A stretch of 50,360 bases of DNA, the filler included, from Bipalium vagum (lineage: Eukaryota): the NCBI GenBank assembly GCA_037834085.1. It is 3 parts of 3 records of this genome, joined end to end, with 100 filler letters (N's around TTAATTAATTAA, not from the genome) between each part and the next. Parts side by side here need not be neighbours in the genome. Positions count along the whole stretch, not along the records: positions 1 to 16,874 come from JBBMKC010089008.1; 2 more parts are not named here. One strand, 5' to 3'. The notes under the pieces were generated by a model. The model did not search any database. It saw nothing but the letters and a program-made list of their open reading frames with translations, and had not been told where the DNA came from. Numbering within the stretch: the stretch's first letter is position 1; every line of letters begins with the position of its first letter. Positions 1 to 10,900 of this stretch are shown here, in pieces. The position numbers and the translations under genes were made by a program.

Positions 1-112
1 GATAAGTTCACAAAAAGTTTATCACGAATTGGGTGCTGATGGTGTTTTTGGAGTCTTGTTTGGTCGTAGTCTCCACAAAACAAATAAAAATTAAACTTGA
101 TTTAACACATGA

Positions 113-502
113 AAAGTTAAACAGATATTTTTTACTGGGCCCGGCACGAATATTCATAAACGTTTAGAAAACTATGAAGAAAATATTGAAAATACAAATG
201 TTCCTATAATTCAAAAACCTGATTCCATTCCAAATAGCAGAATTGATAATGCTGAAATGAAGCATAATGTGAAATATTTTTCAAAAAATTTGAAAGATCG
301 TCATATTGCTGATGTCAAAATGATTCACGAAATGAATAATATTCAAAATCCAACTCCACGGGAAAAACCTGAAAGAGCTTTGGTAAAATTAATTATAAAA
401 TCAAAGATCACACTATGTCTAGATCTTCCAAAAGAACCAAAAATCTTGGAAAATTCAAAATTTATTCCTCCTGAAAAAAGTGAAAGTATAGGAATACATT
501 AA
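113..502 (+). pseudogene. Polinton/adintovirus PLA2X-type phospholipase A2 (parvovirus VP1u-like) gene, degraded
   Basis: The frame of ORF 257..502 is open back to 113 and reads FFTGPGTNIHKRL...PNSRIDNAEMKHNVKY...DRHIADVKM. This matches the viral PLA2 pattern (Ca-loop xGPG; D-x-A-x-x-x-HD-x-x-Y; R-x-x-AD). The catalytic HD is HN here. Lies next to penton and ATPase remnants. Confidence 0.8.
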
Positions 503-882
503 AATGAAAATGAATCACTTATAAACGTTTGATAAAAGAATTGAAAATATTAATATTACAAGAGAGAAGTAAGAAAAGGGTATTAATTAATTCTAATCAA
601 AAATTTTTATTGTAGATCAACAAGTATTTCAAATTCAAGGAAGAATTAATAGCAGAATAAAATTATAATATAGATATAAATTAAACTTAGTTTTATTTAT
701 AGATTTAGATTTTAGATATTTTGTACACAAAATCAATAGTTTTCTCTGTGTACATTGTGTCAGCAGAATAATTACAAAATTATTTTAATTTGTGTACACC
801 TATTTAAGATAAAAAAATGTAAAAAAATTAAATCAATAAAGATTTCCGAAGAGAAAACTTTACCTTATTTAAATATTTGTGA

Positions 883-1253
883 ATGTCAAAATATGAATCT
901 TTTCTAGAAAATTTTATTACTGGATTGTTAAGATTTGAAAACAAATCTTTTAAAGAAGGTTATTATGAATCAAGACCAGTTAAAATTTCAATGATAAATA
1001 AAATCATGATTGATTGTAATATTGTTAAAGGAGAATTTTATATTGGTAGAAGAACAAATATTATTTTTGACAATCCATCAAATACTGTTCCAAGAGGATA
1101 AAGAATCATTGAAAGACCAAAATGCCCAATTTATCATCCTTTAATTACAAGAAATATTTCTGAAATAAAATTTAAGATATTTGATAATAATAAAGAATTA
1201 GTAAATTTTAATTTAGAGAAATAAGTTTTACTATACATTTGAAGCAGGTGTAA
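883..1253 (+). pseudogene. Polinton/adintovirus minor capsid (penton-like) protein, C-terminal part, degraded
   Basis: YESRPVKISMINKIMIDCNIVKGEFYIGRRTNIIFDNPSNTVPRG*RIIERPKCPIYHPLITRNISEIKFKIFDNNKELVNFN, then a frameshift into ISFTIHLKQV*. Matches the Polinton penton C-terminal pattern (CN.V.G...PPGY.I.E.P..IY.P...I.D....VNF...LHL). Stop at 1099-1101; the N-terminal part is probably in the decayed 600-880 region. Confidence 0.75.
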
Positions 1254-1339
1254 TCTACAACTCAAACAAGTTTGAGTTAAAAAAAATATAGAAAATTGCT
1301 TTATTGTGATGAATTCTTAAATAATAATTCTGTAAAATT

Positions 1340-1885
1340 GAAAAATCATTCTAATTTACCGAAAATTTTTAGAATGTTAATTATAGGTCCTTCTGGGTCT
1401 GGAAAAACAATTTTTATATAATGTTATTAAAACAAGATTATATTGATTACAAAAATTTAAGTTTTTTTCTAAAATAGTTTATCGTCAACCAGCCTTGAAA
1501 TATATAAAAGATTGTTTTATCAAAACAAAAAGAATAAGTTTGTTTTGATAAAAAAAAGAAGTTTGTCAATTGTTTGTAAAATGAAACAAAATATAAATTT
1601 GATGAAGAAAACTACAAATATAAAGAAAGAGAAATTAAAGTAACTTTGTCTGATAAAGCAAATGAAATTTAAGCTCCAGATAAATTACAAGAGTAAGAAA
1701 AATTTGATTGTCTTTGACGATGTAATAAATGAAAAAAACAAAATATTATGGAAATGCATTTCACTAGAGGAAGACATAATAAATGTTCAGTAATATATTT
1801 ATCACAACCTTTTTTTGATTTACCTTTAAGAAGTATAAGAAATAATTCCAATCTTTTAATTTTATTTAAGATTAACATTTTTAAA
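1340..1885 (+). pseudogene. A32-like (FtsK-HerA) DNA packaging ATPase of a Polinton/adintovirus, frameshifted and 3'-truncated
   Basis: Walker A FRMLIIGPSGSGKT (GPSGSGKT at 1386-1409) and Walker B LIVFDDV (1704-1724). After a frameshift: HFTRGRHNKCSVIYLSQPFFDLPLRSIRNNSNLLILFK, the RGRH..S...LSQ....P..IR.N signature. Confidence 0.88.
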
Positions 1886-1920
1886 ATAATTTGCACATCA
1901 TTAATTATTTACTATTTTAG

Positions 1921-3045
1921 ATGACAACATTTGTGCCGCAAAATAACCATTTGCGGGAAGCTTTATTATTTTTATTTAATTTAAAGAAAAATGCTGCCGA
2001 AGCACATAAATTATTAGTATAGACTTATGGCAACAATTCTTTAGCTGAAAGAACATGTCGGGAATGGTTTCAAAAATTCAAAAGGGGCAATTTTGACCTT
2101 AATGACAATGCCCACGGAAATCCACCAAAAAATTTGAAGACCCTGATTTTCAAGACTTGTTGGACGAAGATGACTGTCAAACTCAGGGACAATTAGCTGC
2201 TTCATTGAATGTTTCCCAACAAACAATTTTCGATCGTTTACCCGGTTTAGGAAAGATTCTAAAGGTGGGAAAGTGGGTGCCTCATGCATTCACAGAAAAA
2301 ATCCAAGAGCAGTGAAAAACCACATGCTAAATTTTGATCAAAATGAACAAAAGAAAATCTTTCCTTTATCGTATAATAACTGGCGATGAAAAATGGATAT
2401 ATTTCTCCAATCCCAGATGAAAAAGATCTTGGGTTTATCGAGGTCGGCTGACAAAGTCAACTCCACAGCGCAACATTCATGGGAAAAAAGTATTGTTATG
2501 CATATGGTGGGATCAAAAAGGTATCTTGTACTACGAACTTCTGAAACCTGGTGAAACTGTGACTGCCAATCGCTATCAACAGCAGTTAATGCAACTAAAC
2601 GAAGTAATCGCTGCCAAACGACCAGAATGGGCTGATAGACATGGGAAGATAATATTGCTTCATGACAAAGCTCGGCCTCATGTCGCAAAAACCGTTGATG
2701 AGGCTATAAAACAATTGAAATGGGATGTCTTACCCAACCCGCCACTCTCCAGACATTGCTCCGTCGGATTATCATTTATTCCGTTCGATGGCACATGGTC
2801 TGTCAGAGCACAGCTTTATATCTTATGAGGATGTAAAAAAATGGCTAGATCATTGGATTTCTTGTAAATCAAATAATTTTTTCTATGATGGCATACATAA
2901 ACCGCCACTAGTTTGGGAAAACGTTGTCATGAGTGAAGGAAATTATTTTTAATAAAAATCTTTTATAAATTTGCTTTGGTTGTTTTTTATTTATTTGATT
3001 TTAAATAAGGGTAAAAACGGCGGAGTCATATTTGTAGACCAAATA
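1921..3045 (+). mobile_element. Mariner (DD34D, Mos1/mauritiana-like) element; nearly full-length but disrupted transposase; only the 3' TIR retained
   Basis: MTTFVPQNNHLREALLFLFNLKKNAAEAH start, then WVPHAF, TGDEKW, MLCIWWDQKGILYYELLKPG, LLHDKARPH, SPDIAPSDYHLF, EGNYF* (2952). Stops and frameshifts present. TIR-like end aaaacggcggagtcatatttgtagaccaaa+TA at ~3014-3045. No matching 5' TIR seen. Confidence 0.95.
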
Positions 3046-3369
3046 TTATTTATTTTTAGTAATCTTTTGTTATCTTATGATAAATTTCCTTTATTTTACA
3101 ATTTTTTTTCATGTTTTTAATTAATTTATTATTTTATTCATTTTTATATACATAATAATAATTTACATACTATTCATTAATTATTAAACATGATAATTTT
3201 CGTACTATTATTATTTAATATTAATATATATTATCTTTTATTTTTTGTTTCAATCAAGGACGATTTACATATCAAATACATATATTTTTTTATTTTTAAA
3301 AACTTATTACAATACACATAAAGTTCAGATTAAAATATTATTATGATTATGATGATTATTATTATTACC

Positions 3370-4155
3370 GTAACTCTATTATATCTATCAAGAAGCTGAT
3401 TTTCACCGAACAAATATAAGGGAATGCCGATTACGCGTTTCTACCTTAAAGTACAACAGCGGCATGTACAGCCACAATTCCATTATTTCTGTAAAGCTCT
3501 TACCACGAGAAGTACCAGTAGCCGCTGCTGTTTTAGAAAACGCTTTTTAAATTTGATAAAATGAGAATTGATGACAGGATAACAATCGCTGTTAAAGTAG
3601 ACACCATAACTCGACAGGTTGTCACAAGAGGAACAATTTCGCATAATGGAGAATGTGAGGGAGATCAGAAAGTATTAAATGGAAAAGAGGTTAATGAAGT
3701 GGTTGATATCGAAGATAACCAAATTGAATTACTAGCTTATGAAGGAGTTTTTGATGCTAATACTGGCTAATTACTATCCAGACCATCTTGTAATACGAAA
3801 AAAGATTTTTGTGTCACACAGAAAGCCACTCTATTATACAAAGCAGTAAAAATCTGCGATTTCTAAAAATGAAATCTTTTCAAGAAATATCCGGAGTTCA
3901 ATCTGTAGTGTCTCAAAACGAATATAGCAAAATGCCGAGTAATTATCAAACGGCGCCCCGAAGAAGCTCAACAATGGACAAATCTAAAACACCTATAGTA
4001 TTAATTACAACCGATAAAAATGAAATTATCCGATTATTAATAAAAAAGGAAGTTGTCAAATGTGGGGTAGCAGTTCAAGAAACCCACTATAAAGGTATTT
4101 ATGTAACTCAGCAGAAAGTACCTTCAGTTAAAAATAATTCGGATATAAAATTTTA
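3370..4155 (+). pseudogene. Chuvirus-like viral glycoprotein (env-like), N-terminal half, degraded
   Basis: IYQEADF..TNIRECRLRVSTLKYNSGMYSHNSII (cf. the Q...CK.....CGMHSH.S pattern), GTISHNGECEGD, KCGVAVQETHYKGIYV. Multiple stops and frameshifts. Confidence 0.75.
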
Positions 4156-4189
4156 TTTCAAAAAAAAAATTTACATGCTAGATAAATAC

Positions 4190-7150
4190 AATTAAGATCT
4201 TTCAGAATCAAATGGGCATTTGACATCGATTAAAAATAGTTTTTTTGATTTCGTGAATTCAATTTGCAGGTCAATGTGCAGTGTTGATTGAATGTATTGA
4301 ATCTCAACATTGATAGATACTTTTGCCTCTGTGTAAGATAAAAGTTGTTGAGCTAGATAATCTTGAATTGAATTGTGAGAGAGAATAAATATTCTTGAAG
4401 GTAAACATCCAAAGAGAACATGTGTTAGTGATTCTTCTAATTCCGAGCATCTGCGACATCCTCTGTTTGCGCTTCCATGCTTGCATTTATTTGGATAGAG
4501 TATGATCGTGCTTTATGGATAAAATACCAGACTGAGATAGATATTTTCCCCTGAAATATTGGTGTTGTTGACAGCTTTGAAGACCCAATACTCATGGCAA
4601 ATCTCTCAGCACTTTGTTGACCACTCCATTTTTGGTTCCACGAGTTTTGTACGAGTGTATGAAGTAATTTTGAGTCTTCAGGATTGATTAGAACTTCACG
4701 TTTCGTTTCTTGTTCAAGGCATTGGGCAAATTTGAGACAAATGCCTTTTTCATTTTTTATGAATGAAAGTGATAGAATGCCTATTTTTCAATTGGGAGAG
4801 AGCAGCTCTAAATTTTGTCCACCAGCAATTCAGTTGACAATGTTTATCACATTTATTTAGCCCTGTAAGAGCATCCTCAGTTGAGCACAATCTAGAACCT
4901 GTTGAGATTTTGGTCGAATTACAAAGAGAAGAAATAGAAATATTTGCAGTGATGTCATCGACGGAGGACAGTAGTTGGAAGCCTTGTGTCAGTGATTGTA
5001 TATAATATTCATTTAAGATTGAGATCAGACCAAGCCCTCCGACCTTTCGAGAAGAATACAAGTATTTAATAGATGACTGACGACCAAGGCCAAAAATTGA
5101 TTTAATTATTCTGCGGACAATTGATTCAATGGCATCTTTTCAGTATGTCAGATCTTTATGCGACAAGTAACAGTTGCGAAAAGAAAAAATTTACCAGATT
5201 TGGGCAGCATTCCCATTCGAGAAAGACATTCGATGATGTATTTGACACTATTATTACCGAAAGCGTCTGCTACGTCTAAAAATGCCATGTGCAATGTCAT
5301 GTTGAGTAATTTTCGTTGGCGGTCTAATAGTGAACGAAGTACAAAATTTGATTCTGCGCAACCATTAAATAAACCGAGACTTTTTTGCATTGGATGCAGC
5401 AGGTTATTTTCGTTGAGCCAGCCCGAGATTTGACGATAAAGAGCAGAAGCAAAAATTTTGTAGGAGCATTCATTCTAGAGAAGCTATTGGACGACATGAG
5501 TTTATGTCATCATATTAACCCTGCTTCATTGGTTTTAGAATAAGTTGTGTTCGGAAAGATTTCCATCGTTTAGGGATTTCGTGATTTGCCATGATGCTGT
5601 TTAGTAAGAAAAGATGAAGTTCGTAGATCGGATGACAGTATTTTATATCTGAATAAGATATATTACTCAGACCTTATGCGGTATTCTTAACACCTTTCAT
5701 TATCCTATGAATTTCATCAGATGAGAGTGGATAAAAATCAAAGTAAGGACCATGTTTTATTAGATTTTTGAGATCTGTTTGATGCCAATCAACTGGAGGT
5801 GGAGAGATTGTTTTTTTCATTATAGTAATCGTAGATGTTTTGTATAGATGAATTACGGTCAGCTACTGTTTCGTCAATTATTATTTGGAAGGCAATCGCA
5901 GGTTTGTATAAGAAGACTTTTCGAAGGTTGTAATCTGTTACAGGTCTTTTTATTGATGATCATAAACAATCGTTTTTCCTTTATTGGACGCATCTCGAAT
6001 ATAATTTTTACAATTTTATTATCAGCCTCATCGTTTGAACATATTAATTGTTTAATATCATCCAGGAGTTTAGCAGCGAGCTGTACTCTGTAAATGTACG
6101 TATTTTGTACCTGTTAGTGGTGGCTAAAAAATCGTGGATCAAGACAATATATTGATTAATAAAAACATCGCAGACGAAAAGAACACAATAATTTTTTAAA
6201 GTGTCAAAGTATGGAAAGAAGATCATGGTTTTGTCTTGAAACATTTTAAGTGTGAAATACGTTTTAATGAATTCAAGATTTTTAGTGACTAAGGCTTTGG
6301 ATATTATTGGATTGGTGACAATAACATCCGGAGAGTTAATATAATGGAAGCAGTATGTAACAATGTGTTTATCCTTGAAAAATAATAAACCTGAGAGGTC
6401 TTTCAGCGAAGAATTGAATGTTGTGGAATCAGTAGAAACAGTAATCTTATTGAAGGAGTTACATGAATTTCCTTGGTCTGAGAGCCGAGAGATGAGTCGA
6501 CTAGATTTTAAGAGATTGTGTACTTTTTTTGGAATCTCTTTGATGTACAAGGGAGTTATTGAAAAGTTATAATCATCCAATTTATGACTGATCATTGCTC
6601 CGTAGACAGCAACAAATCGTCCGCAATCATAGTCATTGTTCTGCCTGGTAATAGTTAATTCTCAGTGAATGACTCTTGTATTCAGTTTAAAAGATTCTTT
6701 CAAAGCTTCAATAAGATTTCTAATCTGTTCATGCACATACTCAGGCATGAAAGCGGATGGAAGAGGATTAAGGTAAAAGGAAACTCTAGTTATTTTACAA
6801 AAGAAAAATATGATCCAATGTTTGTTTAGGATATTCAGTGGAAATATGAGCCTTTCAGCTATGTACGCTTCAGGCGTTAAAGCCGGACACGATTCATTTC
6901 TATTGGCAAGGCCAAATACAATAAGAGTATTGACAGCAAAATTTTGAAAGTTATTCACATTTTCGGACAAATAACAATGAATGTCGATATCAGTAAAAAG
7001 AGAATGATTATAAAAAGGAAATTCTTTGTCTGATTAAGTGATATCAGTGCTATCTACACCTGTCAAATCTATTAGATTTGAATCAGAGTAGACTGTTGTA
7101 GGCACTATTTGTCAATTCTCAAATTACTTGTGGCTCAACCAGTTTCAATC
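4190..7150 (-). mobile_element. NeSL-like RLE non-LTR retrotransposon (Ulp1/C48 protease + RT + CCHC + restriction-like endonuclease), degraded and internally deleted
   Basis: Minus strand in order. Ulp1: RLIFPLNILNKHWIIF...QNNDYDCGRFV (Cys codon 6623-6625). RT: WKSFRTQLILK...RPIA...YKIF, QKSLGLFNGCAESNFVL...AFLDVADAFG. Thumb: YLYSSRKVGGLGL. Then WYFIHKAR, CCHC knuckle CRRCSELEESLTHVLFGC (4405-4458), SHNSI, and RLE LHIDL...LIDVKCPFD (~4207-4290). Confidence 0.9.
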
Positions 7151-7160
7151 TTATTCTAAT

Positions 7161-8110
7161 TATAAAGGTATTTATGTAACTCAACAGAAAATAACAAAAG
7201 CTTCAAGTAAAGATAGTAACGATATAAAATTAGTCTTATATATGAACAACAAAGTAGATTATCTATACCACTATCTACAAAAACAATTAAAGGATGTCTA
7301 CCAAGAAACAATATTAAATGATTGTAAGCTGGCAAAGGAAGTAATGAAAAATAAACTATTAATAGCCATAAATAATCCCGAATTAACTTCACATCTAATA
7401 ATTCAAAACTGTGTTTTTGGAAGAAGAATGGGTGAAGTACTATCAAGTTACAAATGTTTAAAAGTTAATGTACCAATAGCCCGATACAATGAAAGCACCA
7501 GTGATTTACCAGTGTTAAATCAACAAAAATTATGATTCGTAGCACCAATTGCACAAATACTGTTAGAATTTAACGTACATCCGCAACGATCTATTTGTGG
7601 ACCAATTATATCGCCTATATAAGATTGGTGAACAATGGATCTCCTTACCAGAAAGTAAACCACCTCGAGAAGCGGTACAAACTATTGACGTATTAGAGCT
7701 ACAAAACATGATTGAATTCCAACCTCTTCGAACTATAAACGATGGTGGTATATTCGCTATGAAAGATATTGAGCAAGGCAATAAATTAATTTCATTTCCT
7801 CAGGCACAAGAAAGAGGTATCATAGAAATGATAACTAAAATATATAATCAACTGACGGGAAAAACAGATTACAATTTATTATTTGGCGCAGAGCATTATA
7901 TGCATGCAGCAAAAAAAATGTAATTTCTTATATTTGGGGAGGATTCACAACTTTTGGTACATGGGTGGCAGGATTCTCAGGCATATATTTCATTTGTCAA
8001 ATAATAAAAGGCATTGGGAATAGTTTTATGTCCGGAAAAAGTTTGCATCATGCATGGAGAATTATATTGGCAATTTTTCCTCCAATTGAAAACAGATAAT
8101 TGCACAAAAA
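7161..8110 (+). pseudogene. Chuvirus-like viral glycoprotein, C-terminal half including the membrane-proximal and TM region
   Basis: LYMNNKVDYLYHYLQKQLKDVYQETILNDCKLAKEVMKNKLLIAINNPE...MGEVLSSYKCLKVNV...DLPV...FVAP...LYKIGEQW...GGIFAMKD...FPQAQE, then IWGGFTTFGTWVAGFSGIYFICQIIK and AWRIILAIF. Colinear with chuvirus G and chuvirus-derived env proteins as I recall them. Confidence 0.82.
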
Positions 8111-8290
8111 ACATAAAAAAGACATCGAAGCCATTAAAAAATATGCACTTCAATACAAGACTGTTAATCATGTATCAAAACGGAGACGACATCATAGCCA
8201 TAGTAGTCGAAAACACCATTATTCTAGTAACATTAACAATAACAATGAAGGTGGTTAACCGTTGTCAATATAATGAGACTGTCGTGAATT

Positions 8291-8900
8291 AAAGTTGTTT
8301 ATGGTGCAACTAGTCTCATTTATAATAAATGCAAACGTAAACCTCAAGTACCTTCTTTACCCTCTCCTATAAAGAGGATGAAAACAGTACTAGATAGTGG
8401 ACAAAGTAGACATTCTTTGTATCCTCAAACGGGGCTGACTAATCATCGTCAATCTTTACGCGATAATGATGTAATATTACGATTAGGAATACCCCAAAAA
8501 CCGGCATGCATGATCACAGAAGATCAAATAAATGATAATCGACCATATGTCCGCATTAAAATCAATGACCATTCTTTATGTGCATTAATTGTAACCGGTT
8601 CAATAACTTCTCTTATTCACAAATCAATTCTCACACCAAACGAATTACAAATAATGAATAATACAAGAAAAATGGTATTAGGCATAGGAAGCATGCCGTA
8701 CTACCTGGTATGGACACTGAGTTGTCAAATATAGTTATTGAATCACCGATTATTTTGTAACATCAAGGTTGGAGAGGATAACGCACATAAATGTGTACTT
8801 GGAATGGATGTACTAAAACAAATTCCCGATTTAATGTTAATCTTTGCCACAGGTGAAGTCTTTGATGCGAAAAATCAAATACGCCAAACAGCTCTCCAGG
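8291..8900 (+). pseudogene. Retroviral-type aspartic protease (retropepsin) remnant, N-terminal part of an LTR-retroelement pol
   Basis: NRPYVRIKINDHSLCALIVTGSITSLIHKS (D-T-G active site mutated to V-T-G), flap KMVLGIG, C-terminal CVLGMDVLKQ. In-frame stop at 8732-8734. The frame is open upstream to 8288. No RT motif visible downstream. Confidence 0.85.
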
Positions 8901-9148
8901 CGTTAGTCCAGCAGCTAACAATGAAAACACCGCCTCCAACGACGATCCTGAAAATACCCTACATGAAATCATTGATCTATCTCAAACGGCAAATACGCAA
9001 ATTATCAACCACGTCAATATACATGGTGATTGATAATTAACTCCTTATTGAATTATTGAATTATTTTTTTAAACTTATAAGGTATTTATAACATAAATTA
9101 AATCGATCATTTTCATATTAAGATTTAAAATTAATATGACCAAGCGTT

Positions 9149-9310
9149 GGTGCTCCTCCACATTTTGCTATCATTGTTCGTCAATGGCTGAATAAACATT
9201 TTCCTGGGAGATGGTTAGGTCGTCATGGTCCTCATGAATGGCCGGCCAGAAGCCCTGATTTAACAACCTGTGATTTTTTCCTTTGGGGTTGGTTGAAGGA
9301 GAAAGTCCCA
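9149..9310 (+). mobile_element. Tc1/mariner DD41D (rosa/VS-type) transposase fragment
   Basis: GAPPHFAIIVRQWLNKHFPGRWLGRHGPHEWPARSPDLTTCDFFLWGWLKEKV; 41 residues lie between the expected second Asp (just before GAPPH) and the third Asp. Confidence 0.9.
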
Positions 9311-9550
9311 AATTCGTCGGCCCAAAACAGTGCAAACACAAAATAACGATATTTTGATACAAAACAATATTCTTTTGTTTTTATTATTTGCAAATATAAT
9401 TTTTATTTATGTGTTATGTGAGAGTTAAAACCCGGGGTTTAATTTTAATTAATTTTCTTTCTTATCTGTTTAAATAATATAAAATACAATATAAAATATA
9501 AAAAATATTATTATAATTATAATAAATAATAAAATAATCATTTTGATAAT

Positions 9551-9767
9551 AAACTATCAACCAAAAAGATCTATTATTTCGATGGATTTACATAGAAAGA
9601 TTTCGAGAAAGTGTCTAATTATTTTGACGAGATTTACAAGATTAAAGTGAAAAATGTTAAAACCTGCTTAAAAGGATGCAATTGGGGTCAGCCTAAATTC
9701 CACCGGTGAGCACATAGAATTCATTATCGACGGCATGAGATCGTTTGATATCAACCTGTGTGATGTT
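9551..9767 (+). pseudogene. SSRP1: SSRP1/Pob3 (FACT small subunit) N-terminal PH-domain gene fragment
   Basis: KLSTKKIYYFDGFT*KDFEKVSNYFDEIYKIKVKNVKTCLKGCNWGQPKF, then a +1 frameshift into GEHIEFIIDGMRSFDINLCDV. Aligns with recalled SSRP1 YKYDGFRESEFEKLSDFFKTHYRLELMEKDLCVKGWNWGTVKFGGQLLSFDIGDQPVFEIPLSNV. Confidence 0.8.
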
Positions 9768-10289
9768 ATAAAGTTACTAAGAATGATTTTTTCAACAAAA
9801 ATTTTAATAAACATCACTATAGATAAAATTATACAATAATATTTTATATAATAATTTAGAAAGTAGTAACATAAAGTTACTATAATTAAAACATAATAAA
9901 ATAAAATAATATAAATCTTTTTTTTTAACTTACTTAACTTATTGTTTTAGATTTTTGTGATTCCTGTGGGATATATATGAAGAAATCTTCCTCAACACAA
10001 ATAATCAATAATATAATTGTTGCAACTTACTTACCAATTATAAGAAAATTAGTTCAAAAGAATCATGTATAATAAGTAATGAACAAATATATATTGTCAA
10101 TTGACAAAAGACTAAAATTAAAGTTAACCCAAATGTAATAGATTCTTTTAAAGTCCGTTTTCTCGTACCTCTACTTTATATATAAGAGACTTGGAAACCA
10201 TTATGCAATAGAATACAATTAAACCACTGATGTAAGAGATTACTATTACACAACGAAACCTCTTGAGTGAGTATAAGAAGGGAAGTATA

Positions 10290-10900
10290 ATATAGATTTC
10301 TACATTGAATAGATGCATTCAAACAAGACAAGTGTTGGCAACTACAGATCAAATAAATGTGTTAGAAATGGCGAAGAATAAAACCAAGAAAAAAGTAATT
10401 TTTCAATTGATCTTTCCACATTTCACAAAATAAAACCCCCAAAAATACTCTCCGTAAGGCATTTGAAACAAGGAAAAATTTTTAATGCAAACGAAATAAA
10501 GTCAGCATTTACAAAGAGTTAAACCAAGCTTTATCAGGCGCACTCCCAAAATGCATCAAATGCAATCACAACAGAAAAGCTTGGATTAATCATGATATAT
10601 AGACGCATAATTAAAAAGTTTTGATAAAACCTTAGATTGCAAAATCGAAATATTCTACTTTTCGTAGATAATGCACCATATGTCTTAAAATATTTGATAC
10701 CAATTTGACAAATATTAAGATTGCTTATTCCCACCAAGTACAACTTCTTTGATCCAACCATTAGACCAAAACATCATGAAGAATGTAAAAGACCTCTTAG
10801 TAATGGAAATTTCCTTTATTGTTCAACATCTTTTTTTATGAAAGTGGTTTTAATTCAAGAATGGTTAAATATAATTGTAAACTTTAATCAAGAATATTAA
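10290..10900 (+). mobile_element. pogo/Tigger-type DDE_1 transposase remnant
   Basis: IFNANE (cf. IFNADETG), HNRKAWIN, LRLQNRNILLFVDNAP, TNIKIAY.PPSTTSLIQPLDQNI across frameshifts. Confidence 0.85.

Noticed and set aside
5158-6572. Plus-strand ORFs 5158..5433, 5848..6093 and 6363..6572, and minus-strand ORFs over the mariner, G and PR regions
   Set aside because: Antisense shadows of identified coding remnants.
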